NCBI GenBank assembly: GCA_040390065.1
Contig: JAZJZE010000009.1
Coordinates: forward strand, 442,930 to 506,929
Source: a bacterium
GTDB lineage: Archaea; Thermoplasmatota; E2; JACPAO01; JAHFTW01
Reading direction: 5' to 3'
DNA length: 64,000 bases
Shown here: one piece after another, positions 9,644 to 18,681 of the stretch
Numbering within the stretch: position 1 is the first letter of the stretch
Layout of the letters: each line of letters opens with the position of its first letter
Translations under genes and position numbers: made by a program
Notes under the pieces: model-generated
What the model was told of the DNA's origin: nothing
Seen by the model: the letters and a program-made list of their open reading frames with translations, nothing else
Database searches by the model: none

Positions 9644-10366
9644 ATGGACCCACCGCCACCCAAGAACAGAAAACGCATGCTCGCAGGACTTGGCATCGTC
9701 GCCATCCTCGCCACCGGACTCGTCGCCGCCGTCGCGGCCCATGGCTTCGGCGGCGCACCTGGCGGCCCCTTCGCCGCAGCCGCAAACGACGCCACCCGAT
9801 GCCCGCCCGGCGAACTCAGCGAGAGCTCCGGCGCCGTGAACGGCGACTGCATCGCCTTCAACGTGGACGCCGCGACCGGCATGGTCTCGGCCTTCACCCT
9901 CACCGTGAACGGCACGTCCACCCGGCTCGTCGATTCGATCGCCATCCCCGCCCTCGCCGGCGGCTCCGAGACCGTGCGCCGCGACTATGCGTTGGCCACG
10001 GACGACGTGCGCTTCATGGCTCGCGACGGACCCGGCCTCCTCCTTGCAAGCCGCAATGGGACGGCCGCGACCATTACCTTCCCGGCCGACGCCCTGGTCG
10101 TCATCCACGACGCCGTTGCCGACTGGAGCCCCGCCGGCGCGACCGTCACCATCGGTGCCATCAAGTTGAATCTCGTGCTGCCCCCCGGCTCGTCCATGTC
10201 GGCCAACGGCAACACGCTCAGCCTGCAACTGGGCCCAGGCATCGCCTCACTGGAGCCCGCGGGTGCACCGCCCGTGCCGCCCCTCGGTGAAGGCCGTGAC
10301 GGCATGCATGAACGCGGCCAGATGGGCGAAGGCGTGGGTCGGCCCGGCCACCACGGCCCTCGCTGA
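9644..10366 (+). CDS. Hypothetical exported/membrane-anchored protein
   Basis: Basic N-terminus + hydrophobic helix, beta-rich body, Gly/His-rich tail; typical codon usage. Confidence 0.65.
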   Translation: MDPPPPKNRKRMLAGLGIVAILATGLVAAVAAHGFGGAPGGPFAAAANDATRCPPGELSESSGAVNGDCIAFNVDAATGMVSAFTLTVNGTSTRLVDSIAIPALAGGSETVRRDYALATDDVRFMARDGPGLLLASRNGTAATITFPADALVVIHDAVADWSPAGATVTIGAIKLNLVLPPGSSMSANGNTLSLQLGPGIASLEPAGAPPVPPLGEGRDGMHERGQMGEGVGRPGHHGPR

Positions 10367-10531
10367 GCCAATGACCACGCGCTGACAGCCGCTGCAGCAC
10401 CCCGCGACCACCACCCACCGCGCCGGCTGAATGACGCGCACCTCCCCTGTGTATGCCGAATCGGTTTCGCGGGGGCCTCCTGGAACGGCACCGCTTGCCT
10501 TATCCCGATGAGGCCCCGTCGGCAGCCAGCC

Positions 10532-11881
10532 ATGTATGTCATCGTGGGCGGCGCCGGCGAGGTCGGCTCCAACGTGGCGCGCGCCCTTCGCGACGAGGGG
10601 CACGACGTGTGCGTCGTCGACGAGCGGGCGGACCGTCTCGAGCGGCTGCAGGACCTCGACGTCCTCACGGTGCAGGGCAACGTGGCATCGAAGGCCCTGC
10701 TTGAGGCCGAGTGCCGCATCGGCGAAGCCCAACTGCTCGTCGCGTGCACCGGTCACGACGAGGTCAACATGGTCGCAGCCGCGCTGGCAAAAACGTACGG
10801 CGCCCGCACCATCGCACGCATCAACAACACGGATTACCTCAACGTCCCCGACTCGGACGAGTACGCCAAGATGGGCATCGACGCCGCCGTCTGCCCCGAG
10901 ATGGTGGCCGCAATCCGCATCAAGCGTATGCTCAACCAGCCGCGCCTCATGGACGCCGACGTCTTTGCGCAAGGCAAGGTCTTCGTCGCCGAGGGCCGCG
11001 TCACCGAGGACGCCTTCGTCGTGGGCAAGCGCCTAGACGAGGTCGAACCGCCGCCGGGCTTCCACCTGTTCTGCATCTACCGGGGCGACGACGCCATCAT
11101 CCCCAAACCCGCAGTCCGTCTCCAGGCGCACGACCGGCTCCTCATGGCTCTGACCAGCCCGGACGTCCTGCGCGACGTGCAGACCTATATCGGCAAGGCC
11201 CGCCAAGCGCGTGAGGCGAAGGAAGTGAAGCGCGTCATGATCGCCGGCGCCACGCGCGTCGGGATCCAACTCGCCCGTCTGCTCGAACAGTCGAAGCGCG
11301 ACGTGGTCCTGATCGAGAAGGACCCGAAGCTCGCGGAAGCGGCCGGCCAGAAGCTGCAGAAGGCCCTCGTCGTGCACGGCGACGTCACGGACCGCCGCGT
11401 CCTCATCCAGGAGAACGTCGACACCTTCGACGCCTTCGTCGGCGCCACGAAGGTCGAGGAGTACAACGTCCTTGGCGCCCTAATGGCCAAGCAGCTCGGC
11501 GTCGGTCTCACGGTGGCCCTCATCAACCAGCCGGAGTTGAAGGGCTTCCTTGAGGAGATGGACATCGACCTCGCCGTCGCGCCGCGGCTGTCGACGGTGG
11601 GCGCCATCTTACGGCAAGTCCACGGCGGCGCAGACGAGGTGGCTCTGCAGAATGTCGGCCGCGAACGCCTCATCGTCATCCGTGTACGCGAAGGCGCCGC
11701 TGCCATCGGCCAGAAGCTCAAGAAACTCGCCCTGCCCGAGTCGGCCATCATCGCCGCCGTGGTGCGGGGCGACCAGGTCATCCTGCCGCGCGGCGAGGAC
11801 TCCGTCGAGGCGGACGACACCGTCATCGCCTTCTCGTTGCACGAAGGGGCCGAGGAACTGGAGCGCCTGCTCACCCCATGA
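10532..11881 (+). CDS. trkA: Trk potassium uptake NAD-binding subunit TrkA
   Basis: Two RCK_N (GGAGEVG; IAGATRVG) plus two RCK_C domains, about 450 aa. Confidence 0.93.
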   Translation: MYVIVGGAGEVGSNVARALRDEGHDVCVVDERADRLERLQDLDVLTVQGNVASKALLEAECRIGEAQLLVACTGHDEVNMVAAALAKTYGARTIARINNTDYLNVPDSDEYAKMGIDAAVCPEMVAAIRIKRMLNQPRLMDADVFAQGKVFVAEGRVTEDAFVVGKRLDEVEPPPGFHLFCIYRGDDAIIPKPAVRLQAHDRLLMALTSPDVLRDVQTYIGKARQAREAKEVKRVMIAGATRVGIQLARLLEQSKRDVVLIEKDPKLAEAAGQKLQKALVVHGDVTDRRVLIQENVDTFDAFVGATKVEEYNVLGALMAKQLGVGLTVALINQPELKGFLEEMDIDLAVAPRLSTVGAILRQVHGGADEVALQNVGRERLIVIRVREGAAAIGQKLKKLALPESAIIAAVVRGDQVILPRGEDSVEADDTVIAFSLHEGAEELERLLTP

Positions 11882-13386
11882 TCCGCGTCGCCCGCATCCT
11901 CTCGGCCGTGGCGGCCATCACGCGCCTCTTCAGCGTGGCGCTCCTGCTGCCCATCCTCATCGCGTTCGCCTACGAGCCATGGGACGCCAGCATCTTCGGC
12001 GTCCCTGCCCCGGGCACCGCGCTGGACTTCCTGGCCGCATTCGCCGCGTGCTGCGCATTCTGGGTTCCGGCAAGCATCGCGACGCGACGCGTCAAGGATG
12101 ACGACCTGCTCGACCGCGAGGCGTACCTCACCATGGCCGTCGGTTGGCTCGTCGTCACGGCCTTCGCCATGCTGCCGTTCCTGCTGTCCGGCACCATTGC
12201 CCGTCCGATCGACGCGTTCTTCGAGGCGATGAGCGGGCTGACCGGGACGGGGTCGAGCGCCCTGTCGCCGGATGCAAACCCCGCCGCGAGCGTCATCTGG
12301 TGGCGCGCCTTCACGCAGTGGTTGGGCGGCCTCGGCATCATCATCCTCACGGTCGCGCTGCTGTCGAAACTGACGCACGGCGGCCTGCAGCTGTTTCGCG
12401 GCGAGGCTGGGGCAAGCACGGCCAGCCGCATCAAGCCCAAGGTCGCGGAAGTAGCGCGCGGCCTTTGGCGCATGTATGGCATCATCACGATCCTGTTCGT
12501 CGCCGCCCTCGCGCTGCTCATCCACTTTCGCCTCGGCGTCGCCGGAAAGGAATCGCTGTTCCAAGGCATGGTCGGGTCGTTCGCGGCGTACGGCAACGGT
12601 GCCTTTGCCAGCCCTGGCATGCTTGCGTCGCTGCAGGACGGATGGGTACAGGCCCTCGTCGCCCTCATGATGGTGGCCGGAGCCACGAACTTCACGTTGG
12701 CATTCCTGCTCGTGCGCCGGGCCCAGGCGCGGCCGATCCTCAGCAATCCCGAGTGGCGCTTCTTCGCCGTCTGGACCCTCGTGGCCATCTCCGTGACATC
12801 GCTCGTCCTGGCGTGGCACGGCTGGCGGCCTGGCGAAGCGCTTCACCAGGGAGCATTCACGACCATCTCGCTGTCGACGGGAGCCGGTCTTGGGGCAGGA
12901 CACGCGGGGTGGCCCGCGGCCGGCGTCCTCGTCCTTCTCGTGCTCGTCCTCGTTGGCGGCACGGCGGGCTCCGCGGCCGGCGGCATCAAGGCGTTTCGTG
13001 CCTTCGTCCTTCTTCGCCTGGTCGGCCGCGAGATGCGCCAGATGCTGCATCCCCGCGCCATCCTGCCCCTGCGCGTCGGCGCCCGCGTCGTGCCGGAAGG
13101 GGCCGTGAGCGCGGTCATCGCCTTCTTCTTCACCTACCTCGGCCTCTGGCTGCTCGGCGCCTTCCTCCTCCTGCTGTTCCAACCTGGCCTCGACCTGATC
13201 GGTGCCACCGGCACGGCCCTTGCGGCGCTCGGCAACGTCGGCGGATGGTTCGGGGACCCGGCATCGCTTGGCACGGCGGCGTTCTCACCCGCAAGCAAGC
13301 TCGTCCTCGTGCTGCTCATGTGGATGGGGCGCCTCGAAATCTTCGCCGCCCTGCTGGTCTTCACGCCGCGCAGTTGGCGCAACTGA
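11878..13386 (+). CDS. trkH: Trk potassium uptake membrane subunit TrkH
   Basis: DAFFEAMSGLTGTGS, QWLGGLGII, GGTAGSAAGGIK, LGNVG, MWMGRLEI. Confidence 0.92.
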   Translation: MIRVARILSAVAAITRLFSVALLLPILIAFAYEPWDASIFGVPAPGTALDFLAAFAACCAFWVPASIATRRVKDDDLLDREAYLTMAVGWLVVTAFAMLPFLLSGTIARPIDAFFEAMSGLTGTGSSALSPDANPAASVIWWRAFTQWLGGLGIIILTVALLSKLTHGGLQLFRGEAGASTASRIKPKVAEVARGLWRMYGIITILFVAALALLIHFRLGVAGKESLFQGMVGSFAAYGNGAFASPGMLASLQDGWVQALVALMMVAGATNFTLAFLLVRRAQARPILSNPEWRFFAVWTLVAISVTSLVLAWHGWRPGEALHQGAFTTISLSTGAGLGAGHAGWPAAGVLVLLVLVLVGGTAGSAAGGIKAFRAFVLLRLVGREMRQMLHPRAILPLRVGARVVPEGAVSAVIAFFFTYLGLWLLGAFLLLLFQPGLDLIGATGTALAALGNVGGWFGDPASLGTAAFSPASKLVLVLLMWMGRLEIFAALLVFTPRSWRN

Positions 13387-13389
13387 CAA

Positions 13390-15345
13390 GTGGACCGTCG
13401 CCGTCGTCGACGCGTGCAGGCACCAGGGCCGGCCGACGGCGCCATCGCGGCCAAGCTGGCCGAAGGCCTGCGCAGCGGCTCCATCCGTGACCGCGAGGCC
13501 CTGCAGAAAACGAAGCTTGGCGAATCGCGTCGCCTCGGCGTTGCCGCCCCCACGGATGCCGACGTCGCGCATCGCCTTCCTGCCGACCTGCGCACGCGGT
13601 TTGCCGCGCTGCTTCGCACCAAGCCGACGCGCTCGCGCTCCGGTGTCGCCGTCGTGGCCGTCATGTCGAGCCCGGCCGCTTGCCCGCACGGCAAGTGCAC
13701 CTTCTGCCCCGGCGGCCCCGAAGTCGGCGTGCCCCAGAGCTACACCGGCTTCGAGCCGTCGACGATGCGCGCCATCCGCCACGCCTACGACCCGTACCGC
13801 ATCGTGCGTGGACGCCTGGCCCAGCTGCAACGCAACGGGCACGCCATCGACAAGGTCGAGATTGTCGTCCAGGGCGGGACATTCCCTGCCCGCGAGCAGG
13901 CCTACCAGGACTGGTTTGCGGCGGGCACCTACGCGGGCCTGAACGATGGGCCAAGCGACGAGGACTTGCCCTGGCAAAGCGAGGCGGAGTGGTCACTGCA
14001 AGGCGACGCCGAACGCCTGCGGCGCCTGGCCATGGTCATGCACGCCAACGAGAGTGCGCCATCGCGCTGCGTCGGACTCACGATCGAAACAAAGCCGGAC
14101 TGGTGCCTCGAGCCGCATGTCGACGGGATGCTGCGACTGGGGGCGACACGCGTCGAAGTCGGCATCCAGACCCTCGACGAAGGCGTCCTATTGGCCACGC
14201 ATCGGGGCCATACGTTGGACGATTCGCGCAATGCCATGCGGATTGCGCGCGATGCCGGATTCAAAGTGTGTGCACACATGATGCCGGGGCTTCCCCGTCA
14301 GGGGAAGACACGGCTTTCCGAGGTCGCCTCCAGCGACCTTGGGATGCCGGGACTTCCCCGTCAGGGGAAGGCACGGCTTGACGGGGTTGCCGCAGGCGAC
14401 CTTCAGATGCCGGGGCTTCCCCGTCAGGGGAAGGCACGGCTTGACGAGGTTGCCGCAGGCGACCTTGGGATGCCTGGATTGCGGCGCGCCCGCCACCCGT
14501 CAACCGATGCCACGGACGCAACCGACACAACGCACGGACGTCTCGACCCGGACCCGGAGGCTGACGTCGAGGACATGCGGCGCCTGTTTGCGGAGGCCGA
14601 TTGGCGGCCGGACATGCTCAAGATCTACCCGACGCTGGTCGTGATGGAGGGCGAGACGCTTCTCAAGCGGCAATGGGAGCGCGGCGAATACCACCCGTAC
14701 GACTCGTCGCAGGCCGCCGAGGTCATTGCCCGCGGCAAGGCGTTCGTTCCCGAGTATTGCCGCATCCAACGCGTGGACCGGGACATCCCGACCACGCACG
14801 TGGAAGCCGGCGTCATGAACTCCAACCTGCGGCAGATCGTGCACGAACGCATGGCCGCCGCGGGCACCTCATGCCGTTGCATCCGCTGCCGCGAGGCCGG
14901 CCATCGGGCCGATGAGGGCCGGCCCGTCGACGCCGAGAATCTCATGCTCGTCCGTCGCGACTACGACGCGAGCGGCGCCATGGAGACGTTCCTGAGTCTC
15001 GAGGATGCGCAGGCGGATGCGGTCGCGGCGTTCCTGCGTCTGCGCCGCGTCGGCCCCGACGCGCACCGGGCCGAAACGCAAGGCGTCGCGGGCGGTGTGG
15101 CGTTCATCCGCGAGCTCAAGGTGTACGGCACGGCCCTGGCACTCGGCGAATCCGATGATCCCGACGAGGGCACGTGGCAGCACCGCGGCTTTGGTGCCCG
15201 ACTGCTGGCGGAGGCCGAGCGCGTCGCGTTCTCCGAGTGGGGCGTCGGACGTCTCCTCGTCATCGCGGGCGTCGGCGTGAAGGAATACTACCGCCAGCGC
15301 GGGTACTCCGACTGCGGGGCGTACGTGGCCAAGGACAAGGCTTGA
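13390..15345 (+). CDS. elp3: tRNA uridine(34) acetyltransferase Elp3 (radical SAM + GNAT) with an internal repeat insertion
   Basis: CPHGKCTFCPGG cluster motif, GLTIETKPDWC, PDMLKIYPTLV, CRCIRCRE, RELKVYG, QHRGFG, IAGVGVKEYY. Confidence 0.95.
   Translation: MDRRRRRRVQAPGPADGAIAAKLAEGLRSGSIRDREALQKTKLGESRRLGVAAPTDADVAHRLPADLRTRFAALLRTKPTRSRSGVAVVAVMSSPAACPHGKCTFCPGGPEVGVPQSYTGFEPSTMRAIRHAYDPYRIVRGRLAQLQRNGHAIDKVEIVVQGGTFPAREQAYQDWFAAGTYAGLNDGPSDEDLPWQSEAEWSLQGDAERLRRLAMVMHANESAPSRCVGLTIETKPDWCLEPHVDGMLRLGATRVEVGIQTLDEGVLLATHRGHTLDDSRNAMRIARDAGFKVCAHMMPGLPRQGKTRLSEVASSDLGMPGLPRQGKARLDGVAAGDLQMPGLPRQGKARLDEVAAGDLGMPGLRRARHPSTDATDATDTTHGRLDPDPEADVEDMRRLFAEADWRPDMLKIYPTLVVMEGETLLKRQWERGEYHPYDSSQAAEVIARGKAFVPEYCRIQRVDRDIPTTHVEAGVMNSNLRQIVHERMAAAGTSCRCIRCREAGHRADEGRPVDAENLMLVRRDYDASGAMETFLSLEDAQADAVAAFLRLRRVGPDAHRAETQGVAGGVAFIRELKVYGTALALGESDDPDEGTWQHRGFGARLLAEAERVAFSEWGVGRLLVIAGVGVKEYYRQRGYSDCGAYVAKDKA
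14281..14481 (+). repeat. Three 63-bp tandem repeats plus a partial fourth, each with two internal hairpins, inside elp3
   Basis: Units start at 14281, 14344, 14407 (ATGCCGGG.CTTCCCCGTCAGGGGAAG.CACGGCTT...GCGACCTT); partial unit at 14470. Confidence 0.92.
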
Positions 15346-15415
15346 AAGGGGCCCCCTGACCGCCTTCTAGGGCCTTGTGGCCAGGTACTTCATTGTCGAA
15401 CCCTGGCACTCGTGT

Positions 15416-15700
15416 CTAGCCAAGTTCGAGGTCCGGCCTTGCCGGCCGGCGGGGCCGAAAACGCCAGAGAGCAAACACACCGGCGGCGATGCCAGCCGTG
15501 GCGAGCGCGCACGCATAGAAGCGATCGAAAATCGACGTTTCGCGCCCGAGCCACAGGCCGGCGAGGAACGACCCGAGATAGGCCCCCGACACGCCGAGAA
15601 GTACCATCCCCGAGAAGAACGTTGCAACGCGTTGTAGGTGCTTTTCTTGCGCAACAATCGCGGGGGCGACGCGTGATTGTACCCGGGCCACCGGCTTCAC
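15416..15700 (-). CDS. Small hypothetical membrane protein (2 TM)
   Basis: Two hydrophobic segments; starts 3 bp after the upstream minus-strand gene. Confidence 0.4.
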   Translation of the reverse strand: MKPVARVQSRVAPAIVAQEKHLQRVATFFSGMVLLGVSGAYLGSFLAGLWLGRETSIFDRFYACALATAGIAAGVFALWRFRPRRPARPDLELG

Positions 15701-15703
15701 GGG

Positions 15704-16795
15704 TCACCCCCTCGAGAGGGAATAAGGTGGACGGGGCTCCGAAAGGAATCCGTTGTGACGAAAGTCGTAGACTTTCACGTCCATGCGGGGCCAAAATGAG
15801 TCCGCAAGAAGAAGAATTGGGCCGTTCTCAGCGGGGTACGCAAGCCAGTCGCCGTATTCAATCCCGACAAGTCCGACCTCCCGGGACGATTGCTGGAAAA
15901 CCACGGTTGCCGACTCGACGTGCATCGTCGAATTGAAGAACCGCAGTTCCGCGTCCTGCGGATTTGTTGCCTGATCGTCGATGAACAGCATTGCGCTACC
16001 AAAGGACGTTTGCAGTTCCGCCGTGCCGCCATGAGTGACTTCGGCGTAAGAGCCGCGGGCCCAGGCGGCCGGGCCGTCAAGCCGATCAAGCCCGACGCCG
16101 CATCGGATCGCGGTCGGCGGTAGGTACGTCACTTGCACTGCTGCGCTGGAGCGGATGGTCAAGGAAAGCTGATTACTGTGACCCTGGAAATCCGTTCCGT
16201 GGACGCCGTACGAAGGGCTCCGGCCCCCCAGTTGTACGTTAATCGTATCCCCACCATCGACCGTCCAGTTCCGCCCTTGCATGATACGGATTGGCGTCCC
16301 TGTAAACGTACGTGCTGGCGAGCCGGGATTTGCAGACGGGCCGGCTGGCCCCGATTGCGCGGCTACCGATGTCTCGTAGTCTCCATGGGCAAAGGCCGCC
16401 ACTACTAGTGAATCAGCGCGGGACGACGCAACTAGACCCGAGTTGTTACCCGCCGGAGCCATGGCGGGGCCGGGGTTTAGTGCCGCTGTGGCGACGGCGC
16501 AATCGCTGGATGGCCCAACGCTGCCTACGGCCCCTGAAATGGTGACGTTGGCAACCCCGGACGTAGCAAACCGGACTGCATAGTTGACGGTGGAGTTTGA
16601 ATAATCCTGGTCGCTAAGACGGAAGAGAATCTCGCTTTCGCTCCCCGTCTCGTCTAGCCGGAAGCTGCGGCCAGGGGCCCGATCGGGGGGGTGACTTGTC
16701 ACGTGCGGGCCGGCCAAGCTCTCATCCTGAACACAACCCGTAGCGCCAAGGAGAATCGCCACCGCAATGGCCACCAGCGTTCTACGGATATGCAT
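15704..16795 (-). CDS. Hypothetical lipoprotein
   Basis: MHIRRTLVAIAVAILLGATGC signal/lipobox; beta-rich mature part; overlaps the upstream gene end. Confidence 0.65.
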   Translation of the reverse strand: MHIRRTLVAIAVAILLGATGCVQDESLAGPHVTSHPPDRAPGRSFRLDETGSESEILFRLSDQDYSNSTVNYAVRFATSGVANVTISGAVGSVGPSSDCAVATAALNPGPAMAPAGNNSGLVASSRADSLVVAAFAHGDYETSVAAQSGPAGPSANPGSPARTFTGTPIRIMQGRNWTVDGGDTINVQLGGRSPSYGVHGTDFQGHSNQLSLTIRSSAAVQVTYLPPTAIRCGVGLDRLDGPAAWARGSYAEVTHGGTAELQTSFGSAMLFIDDQATNPQDAELRFFNSTMHVESATVVFQQSSREVGLVGIEYGDWLAYPAENGPILLLADSFWPRMDVKVYDFRHNGFLSEPRPPYSLSRG

Positions 16796-18602
16796 GATCA
16801 GCGCCCAGGTCGCCCGAAAAGTCGCCGTCGATTGAAACCAGCGGAATGGGGAAACTAGTGCCCAAGCCCTCGATGTAAGCCGATCCAGTCGCACACTTTT
16901 CTCCACCAGTAAACCGATACTCAACGGCGGCCTGGGCCACCGTCAGGACTTGGGCCCCACAGTCGGTAAGCTGCACGACGAGCCGGAGATTCTTGCAGTC
17001 AGCCACACCAGTGCAGTCAATGAGGACTGTGCCGGAACTGCCCGCCGTCCAATAGACCCCGTGAGCGAGGGGAATGGCCGTAACCGGAATGGGCGGGTTG
17101 TTTGAAAACACCGTCACCGCAAGGGACGCGTTCAGCCAGGCCATGGCCCCGCCCCCGGGCACGTAGGCGGCCGGCACGGGACTGCCCGAAACCGACACAT
17201 TTGTTCCTGATGCATCGTCAGAATGTGTGTTCTGCCACAATGCAAACTGGGCCCGAGCGGCGATTCGAGATTGGTCCCAGGCGTCAATGCACACCTGTTT
17301 CCCTTTCACGTAGCCATGATCATGGTAGACCGGATAAGGGTTAAGGCCCTGTGCGGCCGTGTCGCTGTACCCGTTTCCGGAACTGGCGCCGGCAACCATC
17401 AGCGGACCGATGGCCACTGGGACATTTGTGAAGGTGTTGTTGTTCGCCCCGCCCCAGTAGGTTTTTACACCTTCGACGCCGCAGTCAAGGTAGCCGCCAT
17501 TCGCAATTTCCCAAGCCTCCCTATCGCAGGCCTTCTGCGCATTATCCCCGAACCAATCGGCCATGAAGCCCAAAGCAACGCCGCCTGCCAAGATTATCAG
17601 CCCTTCCGGGAACGTCGCTCCAATGGCCTCCGATGCCCCCCAGAGAAAGACGTCGGCGCCCTTTGCTACGTTCCGATAGAAATCCTTCCCGGCGCAGGTC
17701 GCATGATCACGTCGCATTTGGTCCCAGTTGGGATAGACGCGCGTGGCTGGGTTTTCGTAGATTTGGCCCTCCTCGTAGCAAGCCACTTGGCCAATGGTCC
17801 CCTTTGTTAGGATTGGGAGTGCTAGGGACACGATGGCGAATGAATTGGCGGACACGACCTTGGAGGCAAGAGCGGGCGCATTCACTCGAAGGTACCATTG
17901 ACCAGCCGCCTGCGTCGTCTCCTTGCGGTGGCATCGACCATCGGAACCCGGCAGCGGGTCGGTCGGCTGGGGGAAATTGTTGTAGAGCAGATTTGCGGTT
18001 GCATTGGCTGCCGCATCAAGCTGCGGCTCGACTAGTACGCCTACGGCTTCAACCGTTGCGTTCACGAAGGCGCGTGCCGTGAGGACTTGGTCACAAACAG
18101 CCGCCACAACTAGGCAGGGGGACGATCGGGCGGACTGGCACAACGCCTCAAGGTGGGGAAGGCTGGGGTCAAACCGCGACAACCCGCCCAGCGGTGCACA
18201 CACGTACTCTGCAACAGATTCCGAAAGGGCACCAGCGTATTGCAAAATCGGGAGCACGATTTCCTGGGCGAGGTATGAGGCGTAGTGGAGCGCCAGGCAT
18301 TCGCGCTCATCCGGAGAGCCCGTCTGGTAGCCGGAACAATTCGCAGGTGGTGGCGGTGGCGGCGAGCCTGGGACTGGAGGGCATTGCACCGAGGGGTCAG
18401 AGCATGGAGGCATTCCCCAGCAGGGATCGCCATGTGTTGCGAGTGGGGGCACCTTGCTGATGAGCAGCGCCCAGGCCGCCTCGCACGGGTGGGCAGCCGC
18501 AACCGGCTTTGGTGAAATCCCAGGCATTCCGACGAGCGCAATTGCGACGAACGTTGCAACCATTCGAGACGCCACACGAACCTTCGACGAAGTCGCCTTC
18601 AA
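16782..18602 (-). CDS. Secreted Cys-rich hypothetical protein
   Basis: 606-aa ORF in less GC-rich DNA; signal peptide; many Cys; internal hydrophobic segment (GLIILAGGVALGFMA). Confidence 0.7.
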   Translation of the reverse strand: MKATSSKVRVASRMVATFVAIALVGMPGISPKPVAAAHPCEAAWALLISKVPPLATHGDPCWGMPPCSDPSVQCPPVPGSPPPPPPANCSGYQTGSPDERECLALHYASYLAQEIVLPILQYAGALSESVAEYVCAPLGGLSRFDPSLPHLEALCQSARSSPCLVVAAVCDQVLTARAFVNATVEAVGVLVEPQLDAAANATANLLYNNFPQPTDPLPGSDGRCHRKETTQAAGQWYLRVNAPALASKVVSANSFAIVSLALPILTKGTIGQVACYEEGQIYENPATRVYPNWDQMRRDHATCAGKDFYRNVAKGADVFLWGASEAIGATFPEGLIILAGGVALGFMADWFGDNAQKACDREAWEIANGGYLDCGVEGVKTYWGGANNNTFTNVPVAIGPLMVAGASSGNGYSDTAAQGLNPYPVYHDHGYVKGKQVCIDAWDQSRIAARAQFALWQNTHSDDASGTNVSVSGSPVPAAYVPGGGAMAWLNASLAVTVFSNNPPIPVTAIPLAHGVYWTAGSSGTVLIDCTGVADCKNLRLVVQLTDCGAQVLTVAQAAVEYRFTGGEKCATGSAYIEGLGTSFPIPLVSIDGDFSGDLGADHAYP

Positions 18603-18681
18603 TCTCCACTCACCAAGCCCTGTAGACGGGGGGGGGGTAATCAGTTTTCGCCCCCACCGGGCACCATCATCGATTGTCTCG

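Noticed and set aside
14281-14481. elp3 repeats as a mini CRISPR array
   Set aside because: The sequences between palindromes are homologous to each other rather than unique spacers, the array is in-frame within a CDS, and no cas genes are present.
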